DNA of 64,000 bases from an uncultured Clostridia bacterium (lineage in GTDB: Bacteria > Bacillota > Clostridia > Christensenellales > Borkfalkiaceae): positions 1,782-65,781 of the forward strand of contig CANQKF010000007.1 of assembly GCA_947624445.1 (NCBI GenBank), written 5' to 3'. Below the pieces are notes generated by a model, which had not been told where the DNA came from, did not search any database, and saw only the letters and a list, made by a program, of their open reading frames with translations. A program made the position numbers and the translations under genes. Shown here in pieces: positions 34,640-43,550 of this stretch (positions are counted from its first letter, which is position 1; the number at the start of each line of letters is the position of its first letter).

Positions 34640-35401
34640 ATGTGTCCGTCGGTCACGGTCTTTGGGTTTACATTCTATCCGTATAGCCTCTGTATGGTGA
34701 CGGGAGCGGGTTGCGCGATCGCCTTGTTCCTGTTCAGGATCATAAGGGGCCGTGTCGGCGGAAGAGACGAACGGTTTTATGCCGTCCAAACACTCATCAT
34801 TGCAATGGCGGCGGGGATCCCTGCCGCCATGCTCGCGGATTCGCTCTTCAAGTGGTGGGAGACGGGCGAATTTCGACTACAGGGTGCGACATTTTATGGC
34901 GGCGCGATCTTCGGATGCGCGGCATGGGCGGCCATGTTGGCGGCGCGGCGGCAGCGTTCGGTCCCCGTTCTCGGTTGGTTCGACGCGCTCGCTCCCTGCA
35001 TCGCCGCGGGGCATGCGATCGGCCGCGTCGGCTGTTTTTTGGGCGGGTGCTGCTATGGGCTCCCTACGGATCTGCCCGTCGGCGTCGTCTTTCCCGAAGG
35101 ATCGTTGCCCTATGCGCAATACGGCTCCACCCCGCTTCATCCGACGCAGCTCTACGAAGCCGCGTTTCTGCTCCTCATCTTCTTTTTGCTCATGACGATG
35201 CCTCAGAAAGGGGCGTTCGCCCGGTATCTCATTTTATACGGGGCGGGCAGGTTCCTCATTGAGTTTTTGCGCGCGGACGACCGCGGCAGCCTTCCGCTTT
35301 GCCCGTTTTTCACCCCCGCGCAGGGGATATCGCTCGTTCTTATTCTGATCGGGGCGGTTTCGCTCGCCGCGTCATGTCATCCGTTGAAACGCCGTTCTTA
35401 A
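34640..35401 (+). CDS. lgt: Prolipoprotein diacylglyceryl transferase
   Basis: HAIGRVGCFLGGCCYG and HPTQLYEA. The ATG at 34640 lies 1 nt after the previous stop. Confidence 0.9.
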   Translation: MCPSVTVFGFTFYPYSLCMVTGAGCAIALFLFRIIRGRVGGRDERFYAVQTLIIAMAAGIPAAMLADSLFKWWETGEFRLQGATFYGGAIFGCAAWAAMLAARRQRSVPVLGWFDALAPCIAAGHAIGRVGCFLGGCCYGLPTDLPVGVVFPEGSLPYAQYGSTPLHPTQLYEAAFLLLIFFLLMTMPQKGAFARYLILYGAGRFLIEFLRADDRGSLPLCPFFTPAQGISLVLILIGAVSLAASCHPLKRRS

Positions 35402-35416
35402 ACGCAGAACCGACGG

Positions 35417-35448
35417 GGGCGCGTCTTTATGACGCGCCCTCTGTTTTT
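35417..35448 (+). terminator. Intrinsic terminator (copy B of the repeated terminator module)
   Basis: GGGCGCGTC-tttat-GACGCGCCC, then tctgTTTTT. Confidence 0.7.
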
Positions 35449-35620
35449 GAACTGCAGCGCGTGTCTCCCGCACTGTTTTCCTCCGAAAAAGGCGGAAAGC
35501 GGTGCAATGGCGGCGTCATTTTTATGAAAAAAACTTTCGCAAAAAAATGTCAATGAAAATAAATATTATATAATATATCAAAAATTACACGATTTCCACG
35601 AAAAATTCTGCGAAAAATGC

Positions 35621-35649
35621 TTGTCAAAACGCAAAAAGTGTGCTAAAAT
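35621..35649 (+). promoter_or_regulatory. Sigma-A-type promoter of the DeoR gene
   Basis: TTGTCA, a 17-nt spacer, then TGcTAAAAT, within an A/T-rich gap. Confidence 0.6.
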
Positions 35650-35673
35650 TTAACAAAAGATCAGGAGGAACCT

Positions 35674-36432
35674 ATGAAACGCGAACGGATCGAAGAGATT
35701 GCCGAACTGCTCGATAAGCGCGGCAAGCTCACGTTGGAACAACTTGACGATTATTTTCCCCATGTCTCGCAGATGACCCTGCGGCGCGATCTCTTCCAGC
35801 TCGAGCAGGAGGGGCGCATCATCCGCGTCCGCGGCGGCGCGATGTCCGTCAAAGAGGTGCAGAAGGTCTCGGGCGAGCCCTACACCAAGAAAACCGCCAT
35901 CCATACCGACGAAAAGATCAAGATCGCGCAGAAGGCGGCGCGCCTCATCGACGACAACACGTCGCTCTTCGTCGACGGCGGCACCACCGCGATGTATCTC
36001 GCCAAAGAGATGCCCGATATCAACATCCACGTGTTCACGAACGGGCTCGCCGTCGCCATCGAACTCGCGCAGAAGAAGAACGTGCACCTCACCGTGCTCG
36101 GCGGGCAGGTGCTCAAGGATAACCTTTCGACGGCTTCCCCCGTCGCGAAGTCCTATTTCGACAACACGAACTTCGAGCTCGCCATCATCTCCGCCTCGGC
36201 GTTCACGCCCGAAAACGGGTTCTCCTGCGCCTCGCAGATCGAAGCGGACCTGCTCAAGATCACCCGCAAGAAGGCCAAGGCGATGTATATGATGCTCGAT
36301 AGCTCCAAGATCGGCAAGATCATGCCCTACACGTTCGCGCACCTCGAGGATATCGACGTGCTCATCACGGACGACAACTTCCCCGCCGACCTGAAGGAAC
36401 AGTTCACGCAGCATAACATCGTTGTGATGTGA
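35674..36432 (+). CDS. DeoR-family transcriptional regulator
   Basis: N-terminal HTH VSQMTLRRDLFQLEQEGRIIRVRGGA, plus a DeoR C-terminal sensor domain. Confidence 0.9.
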   Translation: MKRERIEEIAELLDKRGKLTLEQLDDYFPHVSQMTLRRDLFQLEQEGRIIRVRGGAMSVKEVQKVSGEPYTKKTAIHTDEKIKIAQKAARLIDDNTSLFVDGGTTAMYLAKEMPDINIHVFTNGLAVAIELAQKKNVHLTVLGGQVLKDNLSTASPVAKSYFDNTNFELAIISASAFTPENGFSCASQIEADLLKITRKKAKAMYMMLDSSKIGKIMPYTFAHLEDIDVLITDDNFPADLKEQFTQHNIVVM

Positions 36433-36449
36433 AGTGATGTGATGGAAAA

Positions 36450-36472
36450 AGCACCCCCGTGGGTGCTTTTTT
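36450..36472 (+). terminator. Intrinsic terminator
   Basis: AGCACCC-ccgt-GGGTGCT followed by T5. Confidence 0.8.
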
Positions 36473-36480
36473 GCTTGTTT

Positions 36481-36680
36481 GGACTGCGTACAGGCGAACT
36501 GCGGATAAGCGGCGCATAACTTTGTCGCGCTTACGTTTCCCTACTTCGCCTACGGCTCGTGCCGAGCTTTGTGCACAAATAAAAGCCGCGCTCGGGGCGG
36601 TCGTGTACGGCAAAGTACACTCCCGTCGAAAAGCCTCGCATTCCTTGTCTTGCTTGCTTCTCCACAGTTTAACGGTAACG
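36481..36680 (+). repeat. Mosaic intergenic repeat cluster R2
   Basis: Nearly collinear with the first 200 bp of R1 (GGACTGCGTACAGGCGAACTGCGGATAAGCGGCGCATAAC ... CTACTTCGCCTACGGCTCGTGCCGAGCTTTGTGCACAAATAAAAGCCGCGCTCGGGG ... CTTGCTTGCTTCTCCACAGTTTAACGGTAACG). Confidence 0.9.
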
Positions 36681-36824
36681 ACGCCCAAGTCATACCCCCA
36701 TTGGGGGAACCTCCGCAATTCTCTCATTCCGTCTCCTGCGACGACGGAGGCGGGAAGGAGTGCCCGCGGCCGGTAGGATGCGGCGGGCAAAGGCAAGAAT
36801 TCGCGCGAAGCAACCCTAAAACGG

Positions 36825-36853
36825 TTGCCTTTTTTCTGCGCGAATGGTAAAAT
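36825..36853 (+). promoter_or_regulatory. Promoter with extended -10, apparently producing a leaderless mRNA
   Basis: TTGCCT, a 17-nt spacer, then TGgTAAAAT. The -10 ends 7 nt before ATG 36861, and there is no Shine-Dalgarno sequence. Confidence 0.5.
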
Positions 36854-36860
36854 ATCGCAT

Positions 36861-37484
36861 ATGGAACGGCCGGATTATCTGAACGCGCTCGACGACTACT
36901 TCTGTGCGCGTTACAGCGATTATGTGAAGATCTCTGCGATCGAGGGATTCGAGATGCCCGAGATCCTGTTCATCGCCAAGGACGGCAACGTCGCCCGCCG
37001 CGATTCTTCCTGCATGCGGCTCAATCTCCAGCCCAAGCGGGAGGAGCTGCTCGCGAAGTTCAAGGCGGGGCTCGTGGATACCGATTTCACCTTCTCTTTC
37101 TCCTTCCGTCCCCTGAAAAACAAACTGTGCGATCCCTTCCGCAAGGAGACGTTCGCGAAATGTCTGTCCGCGGTCCTCGCCCATTGCAACGAGACGGCGG
37201 CCTCCGCGGGGGAAAAACTTGCGATCGAGCCGCGCTTCTGGCAGGGCATCGCAAAGGGCAAACTCTATCCTCAGAAGAGCACCGTGCTCGCGCTCGCGCT
37301 CGTCACGCACATGCAGACGGCCGACATGCTGCACCTGCTCACGCTCTGCGGGTTCTCCTTTGAGCCGACCAACGTGCGCGACGTCGTCATCGAATATCTT
37401 CTCGTGCAGAAGATCTTCAACCCAGAGATGCGCGACGCCTGCCTGAAAGAATACCGCATCGAAAATCTGCCCATCCGCAGATAA
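36861..37484 (+). CDS. Hypothetical protein with a possible C-terminal HTH-like domain
   Basis: MERPDYLNALDDYF... The C-terminal WQGIAKGKLYPQKSTVLALALVTHMQTADMLHLLTLCGFSF resembles XRE-like regulators of Clostridia. Confidence 0.6.
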   Translation: MERPDYLNALDDYFCARYSDYVKISAIEGFEMPEILFIAKDGNVARRDSSCMRLNLQPKREELLAKFKAGLVDTDFTFSFSFRPLKNKLCDPFRKETFAKCLSAVLAHCNETAASAGEKLAIEPRFWQGIAKGKLYPQKSTVLALALVTHMQTADMLHLLTLCGFSFEPTNVRDVVIEYLLVQKIFNPEMRDACLKEYRIENLPIRR

Positions 37485-37518
37485 AACATCCGCGCGGGAA
37501 CAAATCATACGATGACGT

Positions 37519-38208
37519 ATGGTGTTTTTCCGCAAACTGCGGGCCGATCTCGACGCCGCGATGCGCAACGATCCCGCCGCCCGCAACCGCTTCGAAGTCT
37601 ACTGCACGTACCCCGGGATCCGCGCGCTCATCTGGCACCGCCGCGCCGCGTTTTTTCACAACAGGTTGCGCCTGAAACTGCTCGCGCGGTGGATCTCCCA
37701 ATGGGCGAAGCGCCGCACGGGCATCGAGATCCATCCCGCGGCGAAGATCGCGCCGGGCGTGTTCATCGACCACGGGGCGGGCGTCGTCATCGGCGAGACC
37801 GCGGAAGTGGAGGAGGGCGTCGTCATCTACCAGGGCGCGACGCTCGGCGGCACGGGCAAGGAGAAGGGCAAGCGGCACCCGACGGTCAAGCGCAACGCCG
37901 TCATCTCCTGCGGCGCGAAGGTTCTGGGCGGGTTCACGGTCGGCGAAGGCGCGCGCATCGGCGCGGGCGCCGTCGTGCTCCGCGAGGTGCCCCCGTATGC
38001 GACGGTCGTGGGGGTGCCCGGGCGGATCGTGCGGATCCGCGGCGAAAAGGCGCAGGACCTTCTGCCCGAGACTTCGGATCCCGTCGCGCGGGAACTGTGC
38101 ATGCTCCGCGCGCGCGTCACGGCGCTCGAGAAGGCGTTGAACGAGACCAAGAAGGCATTGCAAAAAAATACGGGCTCCGCGCCCGAGGTGGACCATGAAG
38201 ATCTATAA
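37519..38208 (+). CDS. cysE: Serine O-acetyltransferase
   Basis: GIEIHPAAKIAPGVFIDHGAGVVIGETA, hexapeptide repeats, and a SATase N-terminal region. Confidence 0.9.
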   Translation: MVFFRKLRADLDAAMRNDPAARNRFEVYCTYPGIRALIWHRRAAFFHNRLRLKLLARWISQWAKRRTGIEIHPAAKIAPGVFIDHGAGVVIGETAEVEEGVVIYQGATLGGTGKEKGKRHPTVKRNAVISCGAKVLGGFTVGEGARIGAGAVVLREVPPYATVVGVPGRIVRIRGEKAQDLLPETSDPVARELCMLRARVTALEKALNETKKALQKNTGSAPEVDHEDL

Positions 38209-39583
38209 TTCGCTCACGAGAAGAAAGGAAGAATTTGTCCCGCTCGAAGCGGGCAAAGTGAAGATGTATGCGTGCGGCATCACCGTCTCCGGGGACGCCC
38301 ACATCGGGCACGCTTTCCAGGCGATCGTCTACGACGTATTCCGCAAATTCCTCGAAAAACAGGGGTACGACGTCACCTATGCCCGCAATTATACCGACGT
38401 CGACGACAAGATCATCGCGAAGTCCCGCGAGACGGGCATCCCCGCCGACGTCTATGCCGCGCAAATGATCGAAAAGATCGACGCGGTGATGGCAAAGGCG
38501 CACATCGACGAGCCCACAGTCTGGCTCAAGGCGACCGAAAATATCGAGAACATCATCGGCTTTATCGGGGCGCTCATCGAAAAGGGACACGCCTATGCGG
38601 GCGGCAACGGCGACGTGTATTTCGACGTCGACAGCTTCCCCGCCTACGGCCGGCTCTCGGGCAGGGATAAATCGGAAATGCTCGACGGCGTGCGCGTCGA
38701 AAACGACGAATGCAAGCGCAGTCCCTACGATTTCGCCCTCTGGAAGGCCGCCAAGCCCGGGGAGATCGCATGGGATTCCCCGTGGGGGAAGGGCAGGCCG
38801 GGCTGGCACATCGAGTGCTCGGCGATGAACCGCGCGGCGTTCGGCGACCGCATCGATATCCACGGCGGCGGGAGGGACCTCGTCTTTCCCCACCACGAGA
38901 ACGAGATCGCGCAGACTGAGGCGCTCACAGGCAAGCGGTTCGCCAATTATTGGGTCCACAACGGGCTCATCAAGGTCAACGGGCAGAAGATGTCGAAGAG
39001 CCTCGGCAACGTGCTTTTGCTCGAGGACGTGCTCGCGAAATATTCGGACGAGGCGCTCAAATTCGCCCTGCTCTCCGCCAACTACCGCGCGGATATCAAC
39101 ATCACGGACCGTCTCTTCGCCGAGGCGGAAGAGCACCTCGTGCGCTTCTATAAGCTCATCGCACGCGCGGAGGAGATGTTTCCCGCGCAGGAGGGCGGTT
39201 TCCCCGCGATCGACGAAAAGTTCGACGCGGCGATGAACGACGACTTCAACACCGCGCTCGCGCTCTCCGATCTCTTCGGATATTTTAAGGACGTCTCGGC
39301 ACTTCTCGCGAAAAACGATCCCGCCGCGCGCCGCATGACCGACCAGATCCGCGCGACCTACGGCCTCCTCGGCATCTTCCGCAAGGACGCGAAGGAGTAT
39401 CTCGCGCAGCACGCGGAGACGGAGGAGGCGGTGCCCGCGGACGTGAAGAAAGTCGCGGAAGAGCGCAGGGCGGCCCGCCTTGCAAAGGATTGGGCGAAGT
39501 CCGATGCGCTGCGCGAGGAGCTGAAGCGGCTGGGCTATGCCGTCAAGGATACGAAAGACGGCTACACGTTGAGCAAACTTTAA
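38195..39583 (+). CDS. cysS: Cysteine--tRNA ligase
   Basis: HIGH-type motif (AHIGHA), KMSKS, and overall CysRS similarity. Overlaps cysE by 14 nt. Confidence 0.95.
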   Translation: MKIYNSLTRRKEEFVPLEAGKVKMYACGITVSGDAHIGHAFQAIVYDVFRKFLEKQGYDVTYARNYTDVDDKIIAKSRETGIPADVYAAQMIEKIDAVMAKAHIDEPTVWLKATENIENIIGFIGALIEKGHAYAGGNGDVYFDVDSFPAYGRLSGRDKSEMLDGVRVENDECKRSPYDFALWKAAKPGEIAWDSPWGKGRPGWHIECSAMNRAAFGDRIDIHGGGRDLVFPHHENEIAQTEALTGKRFANYWVHNGLIKVNGQKMSKSLGNVLLLEDVLAKYSDEALKFALLSANYRADINITDRLFAEAEEHLVRFYKLIARAEEMFPAQEGGFPAIDEKFDAAMNDDFNTALALSDLFGYFKDVSALLAKNDPAARRMTDQIRATYGLLGIFRKDAKEYLAQHAETEEAVPADVKKVAEERRAARLAKDWAKSDALREELKRLGYAVKDTKDGYTLSKL

Positions 39584-39699
39584 GCGGGGAAAGCGCGTCA
39601 CGGGCAAAAACCGGCCTGCGGCCGATGAAAAAAGCGGACAACAAAACGGGGGCGCCGTGCGGGCGTCCGACGAAAAAACTTCAAAATAAGGGATATATC

Positions 39700-41511
39700 A
39701 TGAAAATCACAGGCAAAGAACTCAGGAAAGCATGGCTGGATTACTATACGTCCAAGGGGCACGTCGATATCGGCGCGGTCTCGCTCATCGGCGACGGCTC
39801 CACGGGCGTCATGTTCAACGTCGCGGGGATGCAGCCGCTCATGCCCTATCTCCTCGGCAAGCCCCATCCCGCGGGCAAGCGGCTCTGCAACGTGCAGGGG
39901 TGCGTGCGCACGGTGGATATCGACAGCGTGGGCGACGCTTCCCACTTCACCTTCTTCGAGATGATGGGCAACTGGTCGCTCGGCGACTACTTCAAAAAGG
40001 AAAAGACGGCGTGGACGTTCGGGCTGCTCACGACGGTGTTCGGGCTCGAAAAGGACAAGCTCTGCACCACCGTGTTCGAGGGCAACGCCGCCGCCCCGCG
40101 CGACGACGAGACGGCCGCCCTCCTCATCGGGCTCGGCATAAGGCCCGAGCACGTCTTTTATCTCCCCAAGGAAGATAATTGGTGGGAGCTCGAGGGCACC
40201 GTGGGCACCCCCTGCGGGCCCGACAACGAGTGGTTCTATCCCCTCGATCCCCAAAAGCGCGACCCCGTCTTTCCCGACGACTATGTGGAGATCGGCAACG
40301 ACGTCTACATGCAGTACAAAAAGACGGCGACGGGCTACGAACCGCTCGGGCGGGGAAACGTGGATACGGGCTTCGGCTTCGACCGCATGCTGCTCTTCTT
40401 AAACGGGCTCTCCGACGGCTACATGACCGATCTCTTCACGGGCGCGATCGCGAAGCTCGAGGCGCTCTCGGGCAAGAAATATGCGGACGGGGGCGAGGAC
40501 CAAAGGGCGATGCGCATCGTCGCCGACCACACCCGCACGACGCTCATGCTCATCGGCGATCCGTGCGGCATCCTGCCCTCCAACGTGGGCGCGGGGTATA
40601 TCCTGCGCCGCATCATGCGCCGCGCCATCCGCTATTGCCGCCAGCTCGGCGTCCCTTCCTCGGCGATGTGCGAAGTCGCCCGCGTGTTCATCCATGAGGT
40701 CTACAGCGAGGCCTATCCCCTGCTGCTCGAAAAGGAGACCTACATCCTCGAGGAGATCGAAAAGGAGGCGGCGCGCTTCGAGGCGACCCTCGTCACGGGC
40801 ATGAAGGAGTTCGAAAAGTGCCTGCAAGGCATCGCGCGGAAGAACGAGTTCATGAAGAAACAGAACCCTGCGTATGTCGATGAAACGGTCATCGGCGGCA
40901 AACAGGCCTTCCGTCTCTACGATACCTACGGCTTCCCGCTCGAGCTCACCGAAGAGCTCGCCGCGGAGCACGGGCTCACCGTGGACAGGGCGGGCTTCGA
41001 GGCGGCGTTCAAGGAGCACCAGGAGAAGAGCCGCGTCCTCGCGAAGGGCGAGGCCAAGGGCGGCCTCGAATCGCACTCCGAAATGGCGATAAAATACCAC
41101 ACTGCCACACATCTTCTTAACGCCGCGCTCAAAGTCGTCCTTTCGCCCGACTGCAACCAGAAAGGCTCCAACATCACCGATGAGCGCATGCGCTTCGATT
41201 TCAACTTCGAGCGCGCCATGACGGTGGAGGAGATCAAGGCCGTCGAGGATCTCGTCAACGAGAAAATAAAAGAGGACATCCCCGTCGTTTTCCGCGAAAT
41301 GAGCCTCGAAGAGGCGCGGAAAGAGCACTTTGTCGGCGTGTTCGATGCGAAGTACGGCGAGGTCGTCAAGACATACTCCATCGGCGATTTTTCCAAGGAG
41401 ATGTGCGGTGGCCCCCATGTGGCGCGCACGGGCGTCTTGGGGCATTTCAGGATCCAGAAGGAGCAATCCTCCTCCGCCGGCGTGAGAAGGATCAAAGCCG
41501 TGCTCGAATAA
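39700..41511 (+). CDS. alaS: Alanine--tRNA ligase, short form (603 aa) lacking the C-terminal C-Ala/DHHA1 domain
   Basis: Catalytic core (FTFFEMMGNWSLGDYFK) and editing-domain zinc motifs HTATHLL and CGGPHV are present. The protein ends at ...GVRRIKAVLE, just after the editing domain. Confidence 0.8.
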   Translation: MKITGKELRKAWLDYYTSKGHVDIGAVSLIGDGSTGVMFNVAGMQPLMPYLLGKPHPAGKRLCNVQGCVRTVDIDSVGDASHFTFFEMMGNWSLGDYFKKEKTAWTFGLLTTVFGLEKDKLCTTVFEGNAAAPRDDETAALLIGLGIRPEHVFYLPKEDNWWELEGTVGTPCGPDNEWFYPLDPQKRDPVFPDDYVEIGNDVYMQYKKTATGYEPLGRGNVDTGFGFDRMLLFLNGLSDGYMTDLFTGAIAKLEALSGKKYADGGEDQRAMRIVADHTRTTLMLIGDPCGILPSNVGAGYILRRIMRRAIRYCRQLGVPSSAMCEVARVFIHEVYSEAYPLLLEKETYILEEIEKEAARFEATLVTGMKEFEKCLQGIARKNEFMKKQNPAYVDETVIGGKQAFRLYDTYGFPLELTEELAAEHGLTVDRAGFEAAFKEHQEKSRVLAKGEAKGGLESHSEMAIKYHTATHLLNAALKVVLSPDCNQKGSNITDERMRFDFNFERAMTVEEIKAVEDLVNEKIKEDIPVVFREMSLEEARKEHFVGVFDAKYGEVVKTYSIGDFSKEMCGGPHVARTGVLGHFRIQKEQSSSAGVRRIKAVLE

Positions 41512-41629
41512 ATTAAGACGATTTGCCGTGAAGGCAAATCGCCGTGGGGGCAAGCAGTGCGTTTTTTGATTTTATCGCCCACATCCCCCGCCTTTTTCCG
41601 CAAAAAGACAATTTTTCGAAGAAAAACAT

Positions 41630-41662
41630 CAAGGGAGACGGTTGCCGTCTCCCTTGGTTTTT
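41630..41662. terminator. Bidirectional intrinsic terminator
   Basis: CAAGGGAGACGG-ttg-CCGTCTCCCTTG is a perfect 12-bp stem, with T-runs on both strands. Confidence 0.8.
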
Positions 41663-41685
41663 CCGCCTTTGCGTGCGGCGCAGGA

Positions 41686-42258
41686 TCACAAAAATTCATA
41701 CGGTATAGTGACCTTTGTCCGCCCGATATCTTCGAAGAAATAGTTTAAGGAATTGGAGAGCGTGACCTTAACGCTCTCCGCTTCGATCTTCAGCGTGTCG
41801 TTCTCCGTGGGATAGTCCGCCAATTTCTCCGTGTGGTAGCTCTGCGACGCCTCGTCCCACACCCAATCCATCTGAAAAATATCGGTAAACTTCTTTGTGA
41901 GGGAGGCGCGTGTTATCTCCGTCTCGACTTCCGGGGTGGACAGTGACCCGTATTCCCCCCGCCAAAAGGTATAGAGCTTATCGCCGACCGGGATATAATA
42001 ATTGTATTGATTGGCGATGTAGACCATAATGCTGGTGTTTGTGACGTATGTACGATGCGCTGCCCTTGCGCCGAGCGCACCGAGCGTTGCGGTGTAATTC
42101 GGGTTTTCCAGAATATACGGACGCACCCTATCCAAATCGTTTGGCGCGAAGGGCGCGGGGTCCTTACTTCGCAGAGAAGAGGGGATGAGCCCGCACCCCG
42201 CAAGGGCGAAGAGCGCGGAAAGCGTCACGGTGGCGGCAAGGAAGGAGCGTTTTTTCAT
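41686..42258 (-). CDS. Lipoprotein, unknown function
   Basis: ATG 42258 follows CAGGAGAAAGCCG. MKKRSFLAATVTLSALFALAGCG is a signal peptide plus lipobox. Confidence 0.7.
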   Translation of the reverse strand: MKKRSFLAATVTLSALFALAGCGLIPSSLRSKDPAPFAPNDLDRVRPYILENPNYTATLGALGARAAHRTYVTNTSIMVYIANQYNYYIPVGDKLYTFWRGEYGSLSTPEVETEITRASLTKKFTDIFQMDWVWDEASQSYHTEKLADYPTENDTLKIEAESVKVTLSNSLNYFFEDIGRTKVTIPYEFL

Positions 42259-42274
42259 CGGCTTTCTCCTGCGG

Positions 42275-43207
42275 TCAGCCGTTCGCCCGCTCAATGCGCT
42301 TTGCAAACTGAAGCAGAACGATCGCGACCGAGATGCTCGCAAGGAAGGAGATCACGGCGGCAATGATGACCATCACGCTCCCGCCGCTCAACATGGATGC
42401 GAGTGCGGCGAGCGGGGTATCTTTCAGTGCTTCGAGCAGCGCCGCCATCACGAAATAGGAGATGATCCTGCTTACAAGGGAGAGCGCGGAGGAGATGATC
42501 ATCACAACTGCGGCAAAGACGCCCGCCTTCCGCCCCGCAACGGAGATGTCGTTGTTGATCGCACCCGCCATATCGAGGGTCTTTTTCACGGAAGCAAAGC
42601 AGATGCATTGGAACACGAAGGTGAGGATCCCCATGATGATGCTGATCGCATTGAGGGTGATGAACCAAATGAGCAGATTCCCGACGAAGGAGAGGACGGT
42701 ACATACGAATTCGATCACATAGGTAACTTTTATGAGCGAGATCCCCTTGGAGCCGAGCTTTTTCTTTCTGCCGGCCGCATAAAGGATCCAGAAGCCGACG
42801 TCCATGATGATATAGAAGACTAAGGTCAAGATTCCCCACAACTTCATGCCAATGATGCCGCTGATCGACTCCGCGATGAGATTGAGCGTGAAAACGATCG
42901 CCGCGATCAGCATCCAGATGCTGCTCGTCGTTGAAAACAGCGCGTCCTTTTCGGCGGGGGAAGCCGCGGCGGGACGGGACTGTGCGAACGCGGGCTGAGC
43001 CTGCACATATATGGGTTGGGGCTGGACATATACGGGTTGTTGCACATATACGGGCGGTTGCGAATACCCCGCTCCGCCCCGCGAGGCGTCGCCTTGGGGG
43101 TTCGGCGCGCCGGGATTTTCCTGTGCGTTCGCCGAAAAGGCTTGTCCGCACCTCGGACAGAAGGCGCTGTTTTCGGGCAATTCGGCGCCGCATTTGCTGC
43201 ATTTCAT
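42275..43207 (-). CDS. Zinc-ribbon-domain membrane protein with a Pro/Gln/Val-Tyr repeat linker
   Basis: ATG 43207 follows GGAGGTATAAAT. MKCSKCGAELPENSAFCPRCG, then PPVYVQQPVYVQPQPIYVQAQP, then about six TM segments. Confidence 0.75.
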   Translation of the reverse strand: MKCSKCGAELPENSAFCPRCGQAFSANAQENPGAPNPQGDASRGGAGYSQPPVYVQQPVYVQPQPIYVQAQPAFAQSRPAAASPAEKDALFSTTSSIWMLIAAIVFTLNLIAESISGIIGMKLWGILTLVFYIIMDVGFWILYAAGRKKKLGSKGISLIKVTYVIEFVCTVLSFVGNLLIWFITLNAISIIMGILTFVFQCICFASVKKTLDMAGAINNDISVAGRKAGVFAAVVMIISSALSLVSRIISYFVMAALLEALKDTPLAALASMLSGGSVMVIIAAVISFLASISVAIVLLQFAKRIERANG

Positions 43208-43237
43208 ATTTATACCTCCATGGTTGATAGTACCTTC

Positions 43238-43266
43238 ATTATATGTGCAACGCACATATTTGTCAA
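43238..43266 (-). promoter_or_regulatory. Sigma-A-type promoter of the zinc-ribbon gene, with a perfect palindrome filling the spacer
   Basis: Minus strand reads TTGACA (43266..43261), a 17-nt spacer, then TATAAT (43243..43238). The spacer is ATATGTGC-gtt-GCACATAT (43241..43259). Confidence 0.65.
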
Positions 43267-43283
43267 ATGATTTTTTGCGGTTT

Positions 43284-43292
43284 TGATATACT
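43284..43292 (+). promoter_or_regulatory. Extended -10 element of the divergent XRE gene (leaderless geometry)
   Basis: TGaTATACT ends 6 nt before ATG 43299. There is no Shine-Dalgarno sequence. Confidence 0.5.
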
Positions 43293-43298
43293 TTTTCT

Positions 43299-43511
43299 AT
43301 GGAATTCGGAAAAAATTTCAAAAAATATCGGTTGCAAAACGGATATACGCAAAAGCAGGTGGCAGAAAAGTTAGGCATCCGCCAATCGAACGTCAGCGAT
43401 TGGGAAAACAATGTGTCCCGCCCCGAATACGAGAACCTCATTGCGCTGGCGCGCCTATACGACGAAACGATCGAATCCCTTCTCGGACTTGACAACGGAG
43501 GGGGGATATGA
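43299..43511 (+). CDS. XRE-family helix-turn-helix transcriptional regulator (70 aa)
   Basis: GYTQKQVAEKLGIRQSNVSDWENN is a classic HTH_3 motif. Confidence 0.85.
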   Translation: MEFGKNFKKYRLQNGYTQKQVAEKLGIRQSNVSDWENNVSRPEYENLIALARLYDETIESLLGLDNGGGI

Positions 43512-43550
43512 TATGATCGCTCTATCACTTTGGAAAGGGAGAAAATCATC

